Of a stretch of DNA of 64,000 bases, positions 12,223 through 21,948 are shown piece by piece. Both the position numbers and the translations under genes were made by a program. The stretch is from Setoptus koraiensis. Taxonomy: Eukaryota > Animalia > Arthropoda. The notes under the pieces were generated by a model. It saw nothing but the letters and a program-made list of their open reading frames with translations, searched no databases and was not told the DNA's origin. Each line of letters begins with the position of its first letter. Positions within the stretch are counted from its first letter, which is position 1. The stretch lies in NCBI GenBank assembly GCA_048013815.1, contig CM106586.1, positions 14,446,001 to 14,510,000 on the forward strand. The letters are read 5' to 3'.

Positions 12223-12256
12223 CATTATAAGTTTATTCTCTTGCAACCAACCGGTT
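12223..12256 (-). promoter_or_regulatory. Possible type-3 Pol III promoter (PSE-like motif, 12-bp spacer, TATA-like box)
   Basis: The minus strand reads AACCGGTTGGTTGC (12256-12243), then 12 nt, then TTATAATG (12230-12223). A similar motif, AACTGTTTG[T/A]TGC, precedes both units at 21.5-21.9 kb. Confidence 0.3.
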
Positions 12257-12415
12257 TATTTAGGTGAGTCAACAACTATAACGGCGTCCGTCTGGGTCAC
12301 AACGACAGCATAATCGCCGAAATGAATATCATCTAGACAATCAACGAGAAGCTCGCTTTGGGATCCAGATAAATCACCATCTGAAGGGGGCCACACACAG
12401 AGTCCAAAAAAAGGA

Positions 12416-15195
12416 ATGAGGATGTTGAGCCGACAGGAGAATTTGTTAAAATTTTTATGTTTCTGCACTTCACTATCATTGTGCTTTCTCACTGTGGCTG
12501 TTGTACACACTGTGGCCAGCTCTTGCAACCAAATATTTGTATCTCAGCCTGGCGGGCCTCGTCATGGCCAATTTAGATCGCCAATACGAATGACGAGAAA
12601 CCTTAGTGGAAACATAACACGGAGTTACTTCACCCAGTGCGTATACAAGTTCGTTGCCGGACCGGGCGAACGTGCCTACGTTAATTTCACTTCTTTTCAA
12701 TTGCGTGACTCAGAGCCCTCGTGCAATAGAGAGTACATGGACATATTCATTCAATTGAATGACGCAAACAATATTGATGATCAAGTGACCTCGTCACCTT
12801 TATCGGGCCGATATTGTGGTACAGTTACGCCCAGGCCTCGCATATCGCTATTCCGAGTGCTGGTTCTCAGCTTCCATACGGACCTTGCTCCGCTATACGA
12901 CAGGCCGTTATTCTCTGGCAATTATGAATTTATAAGCGCACACCCATATGAGCAAATAGAGTCTAGTGAATCAAATCAACTGTGTCATTACACAATCAGG
13001 AGCAATCTAAAGAAAGAGGGCGAATTCCAATCGATAACATATCCGGGCGTTTATGCGAAAGGACTGAAATGTTCCTATAGGCTGTTGGGCGAAAATGGCC
13101 AAAGAGTGAGGCTAGAGTTTCTTGATTTTGATCTCTATTCCGGCGGTCCTCATTGCCCATTTGATGTTGTTAAAATCTACGACGGCTCAAATGAATCGGC
13201 GCCTCTCATTAACACTCTTTGCGGTAGTCACAGGAGTCTGGTTATTTATTCATCTAACCAAAATCTGTTAGTGACATTCACAACATTGCCCAGAGAGACG
13301 GATGTCCAAAACAGAGGCTTTTCGGCTTATTTCGAGTTTAGCGACAGATTTGTCGGTCTGGATTTCATATCTCAAAATGATGGCAAGCACATACGTGGTT
13401 CAGAGTGCGACCAAAGAATCATCAGCCATCGTGGCTCCACGGGCACTATTATATCACCCATTAGCACATTTCATCCCAACACAATATGTCGCTATATATT
13501 TGAGGGTCTACAAAATTCATTGGATTACGAGCGGGTTGCGTTGCGTTTTCTCGAGTTTGATTTAAAGCAAATTACAAACGCCTCAACGAGTAGCTCCTCT
13601 CCTGTGACCACTGTGGCCTACGCTGGCCAATCCGGCAATGTCACGTCGCTCATGTTAGCTGAACCGCCATCGAGTAGTATGAACATGACTCAGGATCAGT
13701 GTCCCGATAATTATGTCAGAATATACACCGAGGAACAGAAACCTGATCAAAAACAGGATCCAAATGACTATGATTATGTTTTTTGTGGCAACACAACCAG
13801 TGATATACCCAGCACTATAGAGAGTGACGCAGCCTCGTTGTTGATGGAATACAACAGCGGCTCAATAACCGGCGCTTTCTTCAAGGCCAACTACAGTTTT
13901 CTAGTCGACTACCGTATACCAGGAACTCAAGCACCACCGGGTTGTAGCTATACCTATACGAGTGATAGTATAAAATCTGGGTCTATCAATTCGCCCCGAC
14001 ACCCATCGTATTATTTAAACAATATTGATTGTGAATATACATTTTATACGAAAGAGGGCGAGATGCTTTTGTTGGAATTCACAGCGTTCAACTTGAATGA
14101 AACAAGTCTTAAAGGGGCACCAGGCTACAATGAAGCGTGCACCAATGAAGATCGTGTTGAAATCTATGAGATGCAATGGGACAATAGTAATCAACATCAA
14201 TTAGCTCAACCAATGAAATCTATAGGTGTCTATTGTGGCAACACGGCACCAGGTCCTTTGATGCGCTACAAGCCTATCATGATTTTATTCAAGACGGATA
14301 AGAGTAGGGTGGCCTATGGCTTCTCTGCCACCTATACATTTTATCCTGTCGAACGGCTCAAGACACACGAGTTTCAAACGCGCTGTGGTGGCTTCATATC
14401 GACGTTGAACCAAAAAATATACAATGGCACAATTGTCAATCCGGAAACTTATAGACCGGAAACGTATGTGAAACGTCATCACTACTGCCAATGGAATATC
14501 ACTGCCAGATCACAGCACAAAATTATGTTGCACTTTGAAAAGTTTGCAATAGAAGGAAGCCCAGCATTTTGGGGCTGCCCAAATGTGATAGTCAGAATAA
14601 GCTCAAGTAACACCGACCATTCTTTAGAACTATGTGGCACTCTGGACTCTATAGCGAATTCGTCACGTCACATAATCTCTAGCTCAGAATGGATGGCAAT
14701 AACGTAAGTTGCTTCTATTCAATCCTGAACATATTACCCCAATTCCATCTTGAACCAATTCTGCTTCGTAGACACAAGTCTAAACAAGAAATTCTTATCG
14801 TTTGATTGCAACACATCGCAATACACAATAGGTTTTTATCAACTAGAACAGCTAGCGGCTCAAGTGGGTTCAAAGCTCATTGGACAGAAATAGTGTCGCC
14901 CAATATGAATGGCGACACTTGCGACAATGCTTTCAGATGCAAAAGATCCTCTTATTGTTTGCAAAACAATTTGTTGTGTAACAATGTGGAAAACTGTGGA
15001 CCTTGGGATAGAAGCGACGAGGAGGACGAGATTTGTGTAGTTAAGCCTGCCAAGTTTAACTGGATGCAGAATGGACTTGCGTTTGCATTTATTTGTTTAC
15101 TACTAATCATCATAGTTGTTTGTTTTATCTGTAAGAGGGCTACCGCACGATCAGATATGAAACCTTTCGGGTCTTACCAAAAAAGTGGCAATTAA
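12416..15195 (+). CDS. Type I membrane protein: signal peptide, 5 CUB domains, LDLa, TM (LEV-10/SOL-1/Neto-like family); exons 12416-14703, 14832-15195
   Basis: There are five CUB repeats (C..G.[F/I].SP..Y....C.Y..; L.F..F.L; C..D.V.I; CG; GF.A.Y). A phase-2 GT-AG intron at 14704-14831 joins WMAIT to FLSTR..SGFKAHWTEI. The LDLa module is CDNAFRC..YCL..LLCNNVENCG..DRSDE and the TM segment is GLAFAFICLLLIIIVVCFIC. Further short 3' exons are not excluded. Confidence 0.9.
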
Positions 15196-15658
15196 TCTGG
15201 GCTTTTGCGTGCACAATCATGTGCGTTACAATTCCTTCATTGATCAATGTCACGATATAGATATTCAAGTATAGACAGTGTAAACAATGTTTACCACAAC
15301 AAGGTAAACAGAAAAATTAATATAAGAAACTGGACGGTGTTACTGTCCAATATTGATATAGAATACATATCACGCATGGTAGTAAATATTTGTTGTCGCC
15401 TTCTTCGAATTCTTCCCTATCCAGTGCACCCATTAACAAGTCATGTGTGGCGTGTCTAGACTCTAGACGCTTCAGTTGGCTGGTTGTTCCGGCTGAACGT
15501 TGTTATCTCACAATGACAAATAGAAATGGAAGAATTACCAGTGAATAGATATTGATCTAACAGATAAAGTTATCCAGCTCGAACGGATAGTCTCAATTCG
15601 ATAGTTTCCAATGCTGCGAGTGCGACACTCATCATAGTGCAAATAAGAAACAATAAAA

Positions 15659-17653
15659 ATGTTAATAATGCAGGACAGTCTCGATATTGCATTTAATTTC
15701 TCCCTGAAATTCAATCAGATCATTATGGACGATTTTATTTTTCCATTCACGAACGAAGGTTCGTTTTTGACACATTTACTACCTCACTCAAATAAAAAGT
15801 CTAGTTCATTGATGACAGGCAAAATCTCACACTTCCTGCGTGAAAAAGTTGTTGCAAAGATTCATGAGAAGAGACATACAATTGCTCGCGTCAGAGGAGT
15901 AATTTTATTAATCTACATTTATAGACAGTATTTGTTAGTTATAGCAAACTCCACAGAGAGATTATATACCCTAGGCGATCTGGTATACTATGATCCTCGA
16001 TCTAGACTAGTCAACAGCGTATTGTTGTCTGTTTGTTTGGCTGCGTTATTTTTCTTGATGCTTACGTGTTCCATAGAAAACAACGAGTTAAACTGGATAT
16101 TCCAATTCATACCGGAAAATCCAACAAGCGGGTCCGATAAACATAAAGATGATCAAGATTGTAAAAAAGGAACTCATGAATCGAAACAATTACAGACTAG
16201 AGATCACAATATTTACAGTGATCATATTACGATGTCACTTCCCCAATCGCGACAGCGAAATGGCACACGAACATCAACAAGTTACTTGAAAGATAGAGAT
16301 TATAAAGAATTCCCTTGTTGTGACCCTAAGCTCGTGTGGTCTCCTTCTTGGAAACTAATACTAGCGGCCAAATATTTAGCTTTATCAATAACAACAGTAT
16401 CACTAGGTAGCCCATTGATAATGTGTTCTTTCTGCGCCATCAGAAACCATTTTGTTGGTCCTCATCCATCAATTCCACTGAAAGGATATTTGATTACCGG
16501 ACATATTCTCTTCGAAGTTTGTATTATGACATCCAATGCATTGAGATGTTTGCTGATCACCAATTTCTATTACGATAACATTTCGAAACTCCATCGGGAT
16601 ATCAGCACTATTATAGATGATAATAGTGCCGATATCCCGATAGGTGAGCACCGGGAAAAATTCAACGGTCGATGGAAGCGCTCTAGTAGATATCGTTATA
16701 GTTTAAAGCAGTTTGAAGAGTCATCCTACAAACTAAAAAAAGTGGCTTTACAAAATCTAGGCAGTAACTACGGCAACCAAAATCAAGAGTCAAATGTTTC
16801 TGAATTCCGACTTGAAACTACAGCAAGACAACCTAGTTTTTCTAGGCATTCTGGTTTTACTCGTGTTCAAAATTCGGTAAAACCTCGAAAGGAGTCGAGT
16901 TATTCATCTGAAATGCCATTTGAAGTTTCGAGCAGGACAGGCAAGGTCGTATCCGGTAATGACGAAAATGACGACTTGTGGCCAACTTTTAAACTGATAG
17001 GCGAGCTACTTCGCAAACTGAAAGAAAGTAACGATATTTGGAAGAATTACTTTGCTCTAGAATTACTATATCGAATAGAGGTAAACGTATTGTGCACATT
17101 TATTTTGAGTATCGATAAGGAAGTTTTTGGTTTTATACTAGTACTGATCTTCACTGGTATCAATTCGAGTTTTATAATTTTCTTCTGGTTTGTAGCTTAT
17201 CGAGTGAACAATCAGGTTAGTATTGGTCTCATATGGGTCATATCTTTACCATCTTCTCTCTTGATCATCACACAAGCGATCTAACGCCCCCGCGAAAACT
17301 TTTGTAGCTCTTTCTGTTGTATAATCTGCTGTTGAAACGACAACATTTAGTGTCTCATTTTCATAGAAAGAGATTCTTGGGTCTATGCGAAAGATTTGAG
17401 GGTAGCCGGGTTGGTTTTACCTTTCTGGATACATTCCTCATAACAAAACGAAGTGGTCTCAAAGTGAGTGATCTAATCAGCAATCAATTTATAATCCGAC
17501 CGAAATCTAGAACCAGTCAATGACGGATTCAGAATTTGAATTTTCCATATTAACAGTTAAAGCTCTAATTCGTTCGCTGATATTTAGATGATTGGCTGGC
17601 TGGTGTCAGGATTCGTCTTGGTGACTGTTAGTATGAGCGATAAGCTCTATTAA
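15659..17653 (+). CDS. Gustatory-receptor-like 7TM chemoreceptor, ~592 aa; exons 15659-17215, 17308-17463, 17588-17653
   Basis: Seven hydrophobic segments. Two phase-0 GT-AG introns (17216-17307, 17464-17587) link RVNNQ|LFLLYN..LCERFEGSRVGFTFLDTFLITKRSGLK|MIGWLVSGFVLVTVSMSDKLY-stop. The pre-TM7 'GFT...F.IT' signature and short phase-0 terminal exons are typical of arthropod GRs. The start codon is uncertain. Confidence 0.65.
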
Positions 17654-18017
17654 TTGGTTGATTGGTCCTATTGTACGGCAATTTATATCTTGCGCTGTTG
17701 TCATGGTGAGCATCGATGAGGTTCAATTTAAGGATGAGTGCTACCACGGACTGAAACAGATTTACAAACCTTGTTATTGAGTTCCCTATCAAGGCAGACA
17801 ATGGATGACAATAAATGGATTACGAACACTGATAATATTGTTCGCGCTCAAGCAGTAAGAATATCTTATTAAAATAGAAATTCAGCGCCAATACAATGTA
17901 ACAAATTTGCCTCATGCTCTACAAGAGACTGAGGTAAGTTTCTGTGGCGAATTGTTTTGAAACAAAGCTAAACTTTTCTAGACTAAAGTAGTCAACTATT
18001 GTTGACACTCTAAATGA

Positions 18018-18135
18018 GATGGGATTCACGGTTTGGCTGGCTTGGGCGAAACGCGACCACTCACAGCCAATGGGCTAGATGGATCAAGCACTCGAGCGAT
18101 CATCCAGAGCCAAGGGCCAAAAGGGCGAGGTGAGG
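18018..18135. other. GC-rich, highly foldable island between the convergent GR-like and GCP2 genes
   Basis: The closing stem TTTGGCT..CTTGG / CCAAG.GGCCAAA encloses three hairpins: GCGAAACGC, AGCC-AATG-GGCT, and a stem with paired GATC/GATC motifs (GATC-AAGC-ACTCGA-GC-GATC). Confidence 0.35.
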
Positions 18136-18314
18136 ACTAATAATGCGTTAGATTCATTTCTTGAAGCTGAGCTTTCAGTATCTCACCGTTGTAATATACG
18201 TGCAAATAAAGATAAAAAGTTGCTCGAGTTTTAAATCATATCACATTTGTAATTTACAATATGGCAACACAATAGCTGATTCGTTTTTCTCTTATATGTT
18301 TATTCATTTGTTAG

Positions 18315-21278
18315 TCAAAAGATCCATTCTAATCTTGAGGTTAACTTTAGCCATTTTTCATGAGATTTTTCAGGAACTTTATCAGGCTTACGTTGTATCA
18401 TGGACTTTAGTTCGGTATCAAATTTCTTATTCATGTCTAAAATGGTCTCTTGGAATTGTCTTAGGGCATGCGGTTCCATTTCCATTGTTGCATCAGTACC
18501 ACCAGGTTGTTGTTGTTGCCTGTTTTTGTTATGTTTCAATTGTTGGCACACTGTATCTGTTATTACGCTGTATTCCATGCATAATACTAACAATTTTGTC
18601 ACATGTTGTAACATGTCTGTTGTAGTTAGCATACTAGCCTGTAGAATGCCGGTGACAAAATCTGAATGTAACTTTATCACATCATCGACGCTCTCGATAT
18701 CATCATTTTTGATTTTACTAATGAAAGAATTGAAATCTGGCTCTATTAATTCAATCATCATGTAGTATAAAAGATTTTGGACAAAATTCAACATCTTTTG
18801 TCTCAGGACAAATGCTAACTCAAAACGGCGATGGACATGGTGCATACGTATCTGCTGCATGGCCTTCCAGGTCCCTTGCAATTGTAGCTCCACATATTTG
18901 CAACTAAATAAATGTCTGAATATCAATTGATAACAAGTTTGGCATTTTTTGTCTATAACAATTGATAGTGGCCATTTAATAGCATACGCCAACACCAATG
19001 CCTCCCAACAATATAGTTGACTAGCGGAAGATAGACAGTAATCTGTCGTCATGTAATGATGAGCTGCATCTTGCAGCTTCGACCCGGCAAACTTGTTAAT
19101 GTTCTGTTGTGGTGTCTTAGTTGAAGCAGGGGCGGTTGTTGTGGCAGTAGATGGTTCACCAATACTGGCTATACTTGCTGTCACAGGGTTAATATTTGTA
19201 TCAACTTTGGCATCACGTATCGCAGAAATAATATTATTTATATGTGACATCTGGACAAATAGTGACTCCGTATTAAACTGGAGCCTCAAATCATCCTTGT
19301 AGGGGTCACGCTCGCATCCGCTTGTTCTAACGGCAAGTTCGAGCAGAGATTCTAGTCTTATATGATCTACATCGTCCATGTTCTTACCTAGCTCTTCTTC
19401 AGCCGTGTCGGTAAATTGTACAAAGAAGTCGCCAGATTCCATAAGGAAGTAACGCTTAATTGAGTGCAATCTACCAATCAAGTCTTTCTCATCCATAAGT
19501 AGATTCAATAGTTCTTTGCTGGCGAATTTGTAGGCTCTTTGTACTCTTTGTTCAAAATAGATTCTAGGCTCTTGAGCGTAGAATAGGGGCTCATAATCTA
19601 ACGGTTTGAAATTTTTCTTTCCATATCGTCTGACAACACAGATGTACTTTCCAGCATCCAATATAGCGCTTCCTAAAGATTCCAGAAATCCTGGAACTTT
19701 TGAGGGAATAGATGTGAATCGTCTCTCACATGATTGATCAGCGTCATCACTATTGTTTATGAGGCCTAATGTTGCTGGATTATTTTGGTGATGGAGACCA
19801 TTGCCATGATTATTATCGTTATTTGAGTTAGAGTTTCCATTTCTATGATTAACATAATTTAACTCGTCATTCTTTCTCTCATTGTCACGAATGAAGAATT
19901 CACCGAATGGATCATCAATCACGCCCATGTACAGCCAGCCATGTAAAATCTCAAAATAAGGTTCACTTGCAGTCCTCATTAAATTTAAACAAAACTCTTT
20001 CACTTTCAAATCGGCACTATAATCAACAATTCTATTGTGCAATATGGAAAGAGTGCCACCACCATATAACCTATCCGTGCACAACCTATCCACTATATCT
20101 TTCAAAGCCTTCATAATGTAATAAAATGGTTGTAATTGTAAGTTCATGATGGATAGTGTCATCTCGTTTCTTCTAGCCGTCGTTTGAACTGAAGATATGA
20201 GAACGAGATAATCTTTGATCAATTCTCTCACGGTGCCCGCTAAAGCTTGATTGACTAATCCAAAGTTGACATCTTCGGCAAAATGAACAATTGTAGAATA
20301 TAATGGACATATGCGAATTATCCGTGTTGCTGACGTATATACTAATTCGTCACCACCTCGTTCAACTCCTATTGTATGTTTGTTACGATTACTAGACGAT
20401 GGTTGCATTCTGATGTATCGTCCTTCTGTGCCTATGAGTACATACAAGAGATCCTCAATGAGAACGGTTTCTTGGTCTCTGGTGGACAAACTGCCCAGTG
20501 GCGGTATAGGGGGTCCCATGTTCCAGTCCATTTTCTTAAAATCTAGTGATAGAAATGAACTGTCCAATAGAAAATTTTTCATTTGAGGATGTAGCATGTC
20601 ATGTTTCCAGTTTTTGTCTTTTGTTTTAGATTTTCGGCTTGCCGGAGTAAGGCCGGTAGCGATAGTTGGTGTGGATAAATTGTGTTGTTTCTGGTGATTA
20701 TGCTGGTGGTCCTGTTGGGGATGAGAACTGGCGACGCTGTTATTCACTGGTGTAAATGGCACTTTAACATGAGTTTGGGTGTTAATGGAAGGGTTAACAG
20801 AAACCCTATTCAGAGGTGTAGTTGTTGGCACTTGGTGAGAAGTAGTAGTGGAAGGATTGAGATATGTTGAGGTGACAGTTGACGAGGCAGTGGTGGCGGC
20901 GGAGGTCGCAGCAGCAGCAGCGGCGGCAGCTTTCTTGTCTGCCAGTTTTCTCTTGATATGTTTGTGCAATTTGAGGAAATTTCTCATTTCTCTATCACTG
21001 TCGACTTTGGCTGCGAATTCTACCAAAGCATCCGTTTCATAGACATTGCTATCCTTGAGATGCTGATATTGTTCGACAAGATTTGATCTACTTCCAACAA
21101 GACTGAGTCTCTCCACTGCAAGTTTAGCGGCGTCTCTCGTGAAAGAGCTGGAAGGGTGTACATGTGTGCTTCCTATCATTCGTTCGGCCAGAGTATAAGA
21201 CAAACTAGCTTGCGTTTGATCTACATCGAATAATTTCATCAATTCATTAACGAGATGATAGATTTCGTATTCGGCCAT
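18315..21278 (-). CDS. TUBGCP2: Gamma-tubulin complex component 2 (GCP2/Grip84/Spc97 family), 987 aa, single exon
   Basis: Contains QETVLIEDLLYVLIGTEGRYI, GLVNQALA, PYFEIL..W.Y.GVIDDPFGEFFI, ILDAGKY..V.R, LIGRLHSIKRYFLM.SGDFF, LELAVRTS..DPYKDDL, WEAL.LAY..KWPLSIV...YQLIFRHLF and LRQKMLNFVQNL.YYM. These are GCP2-specific motifs. Confidence 0.95.
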   Translation of the reverse strand: MAEYEIYHLVNELMKLFDVDQTQASLSYTLAERMIGSTHVHPSSSFTRDAAKLAVERLSLVGSRSNLVEQYQHLKDSNVYETDALVEFAAKVDSDREMRNFLKLHKHIKRKLADKKAAAAAAAATSAATTASSTVTSTYLNPSTTTSHQVPTTTPLNRVSVNPSINTQTHVKVPFTPVNNSVASSHPQQDHQHNHQKQHNLSTPTIATGLTPASRKSKTKDKNWKHDMLHPQMKNFLLDSSFLSLDFKKMDWNMGPPIPPLGSLSTRDQETVLIEDLLYVLIGTEGRYIRMQPSSSNRNKHTIGVERGGDELVYTSATRIIRICPLYSTIVHFAEDVNFGLVNQALAGTVRELIKDYLVLISSVQTTARRNEMTLSIMNLQLQPFYYIMKALKDIVDRLCTDRLYGGGTLSILHNRIVDYSADLKVKEFCLNLMRTASEPYFEILHGWLYMGVIDDPFGEFFIRDNERKNDELNYVNHRNGNSNSNNDNNHGNGLHHQNNPATLGLINNSDDADQSCERRFTSIPSKVPGFLESLGSAILDAGKYICVVRRYGKKNFKPLDYEPLFYAQEPRIYFEQRVQRAYKFASKELLNLLMDEKDLIGRLHSIKRYFLMESGDFFVQFTDTAEEELGKNMDDVDHIRLESLLELAVRTSGCERDPYKDDLRLQFNTESLFVQMSHINNIISAIRDAKVDTNINPVTASIASIGEPSTATTTAPASTKTPQQNINKFAGSKLQDAAHHYMTTDYCLSSASQLYCWEALVLAYAIKWPLSIVIDKKCQTCYQLIFRHLFSCKYVELQLQGTWKAMQQIRMHHVHRRFELAFVLRQKMLNFVQNLLYYMMIELIEPDFNSFISKIKNDDIESVDDVIKLHSDFVTGILQASMLTTTDMLQHVTKLLVLCMEYSVITDTVCQQLKHNKNRQQQQPGGTDATMEMEPHALRQFQETILDMNKKFDTELKSMIQRKPDKVPEKSHEKWLKLTSRLEWIF

Positions 21279-21500
21279 ATCGATGCGGCGATGAGTGCGT
21301 GTGTGAGTATAAATACTAAAATTAATAATAAATAAATAGAGATAGCTGGCCTGAATCCTCGTTCCCTCTGGCTTGTATATACAGATCTATTAATTAGTAA
21401 TAATAGTTGTTCAGTTACGATAGCAATAATAATAATAGTAATAATAATTATACCAGAGCATAATGATAATAATGATGATAATAATAATAATAGAAAATGG

Positions 21501-21948
21501 AACTGTTTGTTGCCAACGCCAATTAGCTAACGGACGAGGGCATCATATGCTATGATGAGCGCGAAATTTGTAACGCATAGAAACCTGGTGATCAGGGGAG
21601 GTGGGGAGGGGTCCTCCCCGCGGGTGTTTTACATTCCGTTTCCCGTTTGCAAAGGGGCATATCTTCGATGACGAATGAAGACCAACAATTGATTTTATGT
21701 GATTTAATTGATATCCAAACCGTACCTGTATCACCGCTTCCGCCATCTCTTTCTTGCACAATATATAGCCCCTTGACGGGATGTCCCACCTTGCACGGGA
21801 AGCGCCCCACTCTGCAATCTGGGAGAACGGGACTTAATGGGAGGTCGTCTCCCATCAAGGTTTCGAAGCGTTACGAATTTCGCGCTCATCGCAGCATATG
21901 ATGGCTTCCCCCTTAACAAATTCGTCTTGGCGTTTGCATCAAACAGTT
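21501..21948. repeat. Pair of paralogous ~160-190 bp units in inverted (head-to-head) orientation
   Basis: Block 1: 21501-21522 vs revcomp of 21927-21948, 20/22 identical. Block 2: 21541-21586 vs revcomp of 21858-21903, 41/46 identical. Block 3: TCCCGT..AAGGGGC.ATAT near 21641-21663 vs revcomp near 21762-21782. Confidence 0.92.

Noticed and set aside
17216-17284. C-terminus of the 541-aa ORF (VSIGLIWVISLPSSLLIITQAI) as a real TM helix
   Set aside because: It begins at a GTTAGT donor, and splicing gives a better GR-like C-terminus, so it is most likely intron read-through.
21541-21620. Hammerhead ribozyme (TGATGA-GCGC-GAAA resembles minimal Penelope-type hammerheads; the second copy has GAAAC..GTC)
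   Set aside because: The core is ATGATGA/GCGATGA rather than CTGANGA, and no stem I can be formed around a cleavage triplet in either copy.
21541-21903. Known snRNA/snoRNA identities (U1, U2, U3, U4atac, RNase MRP, 5S) suggested by short matches such as ATTGCAG, GATCAC, ATGAGCGC..TAACGC and GGGGCT
   Set aside because: Matches are isolated or in the wrong order, and the defining elements (ACTTACCTG, GTAGTA, box D, CR-I/CR-V spacing) are absent.
21501-21948. MITE with terminal inverted repeats
   Set aside because: No target-site duplication or superfamily-type termini were seen, and identity is patchy in three separate blocks including internal ones. Not fully excluded until copy number is checked.
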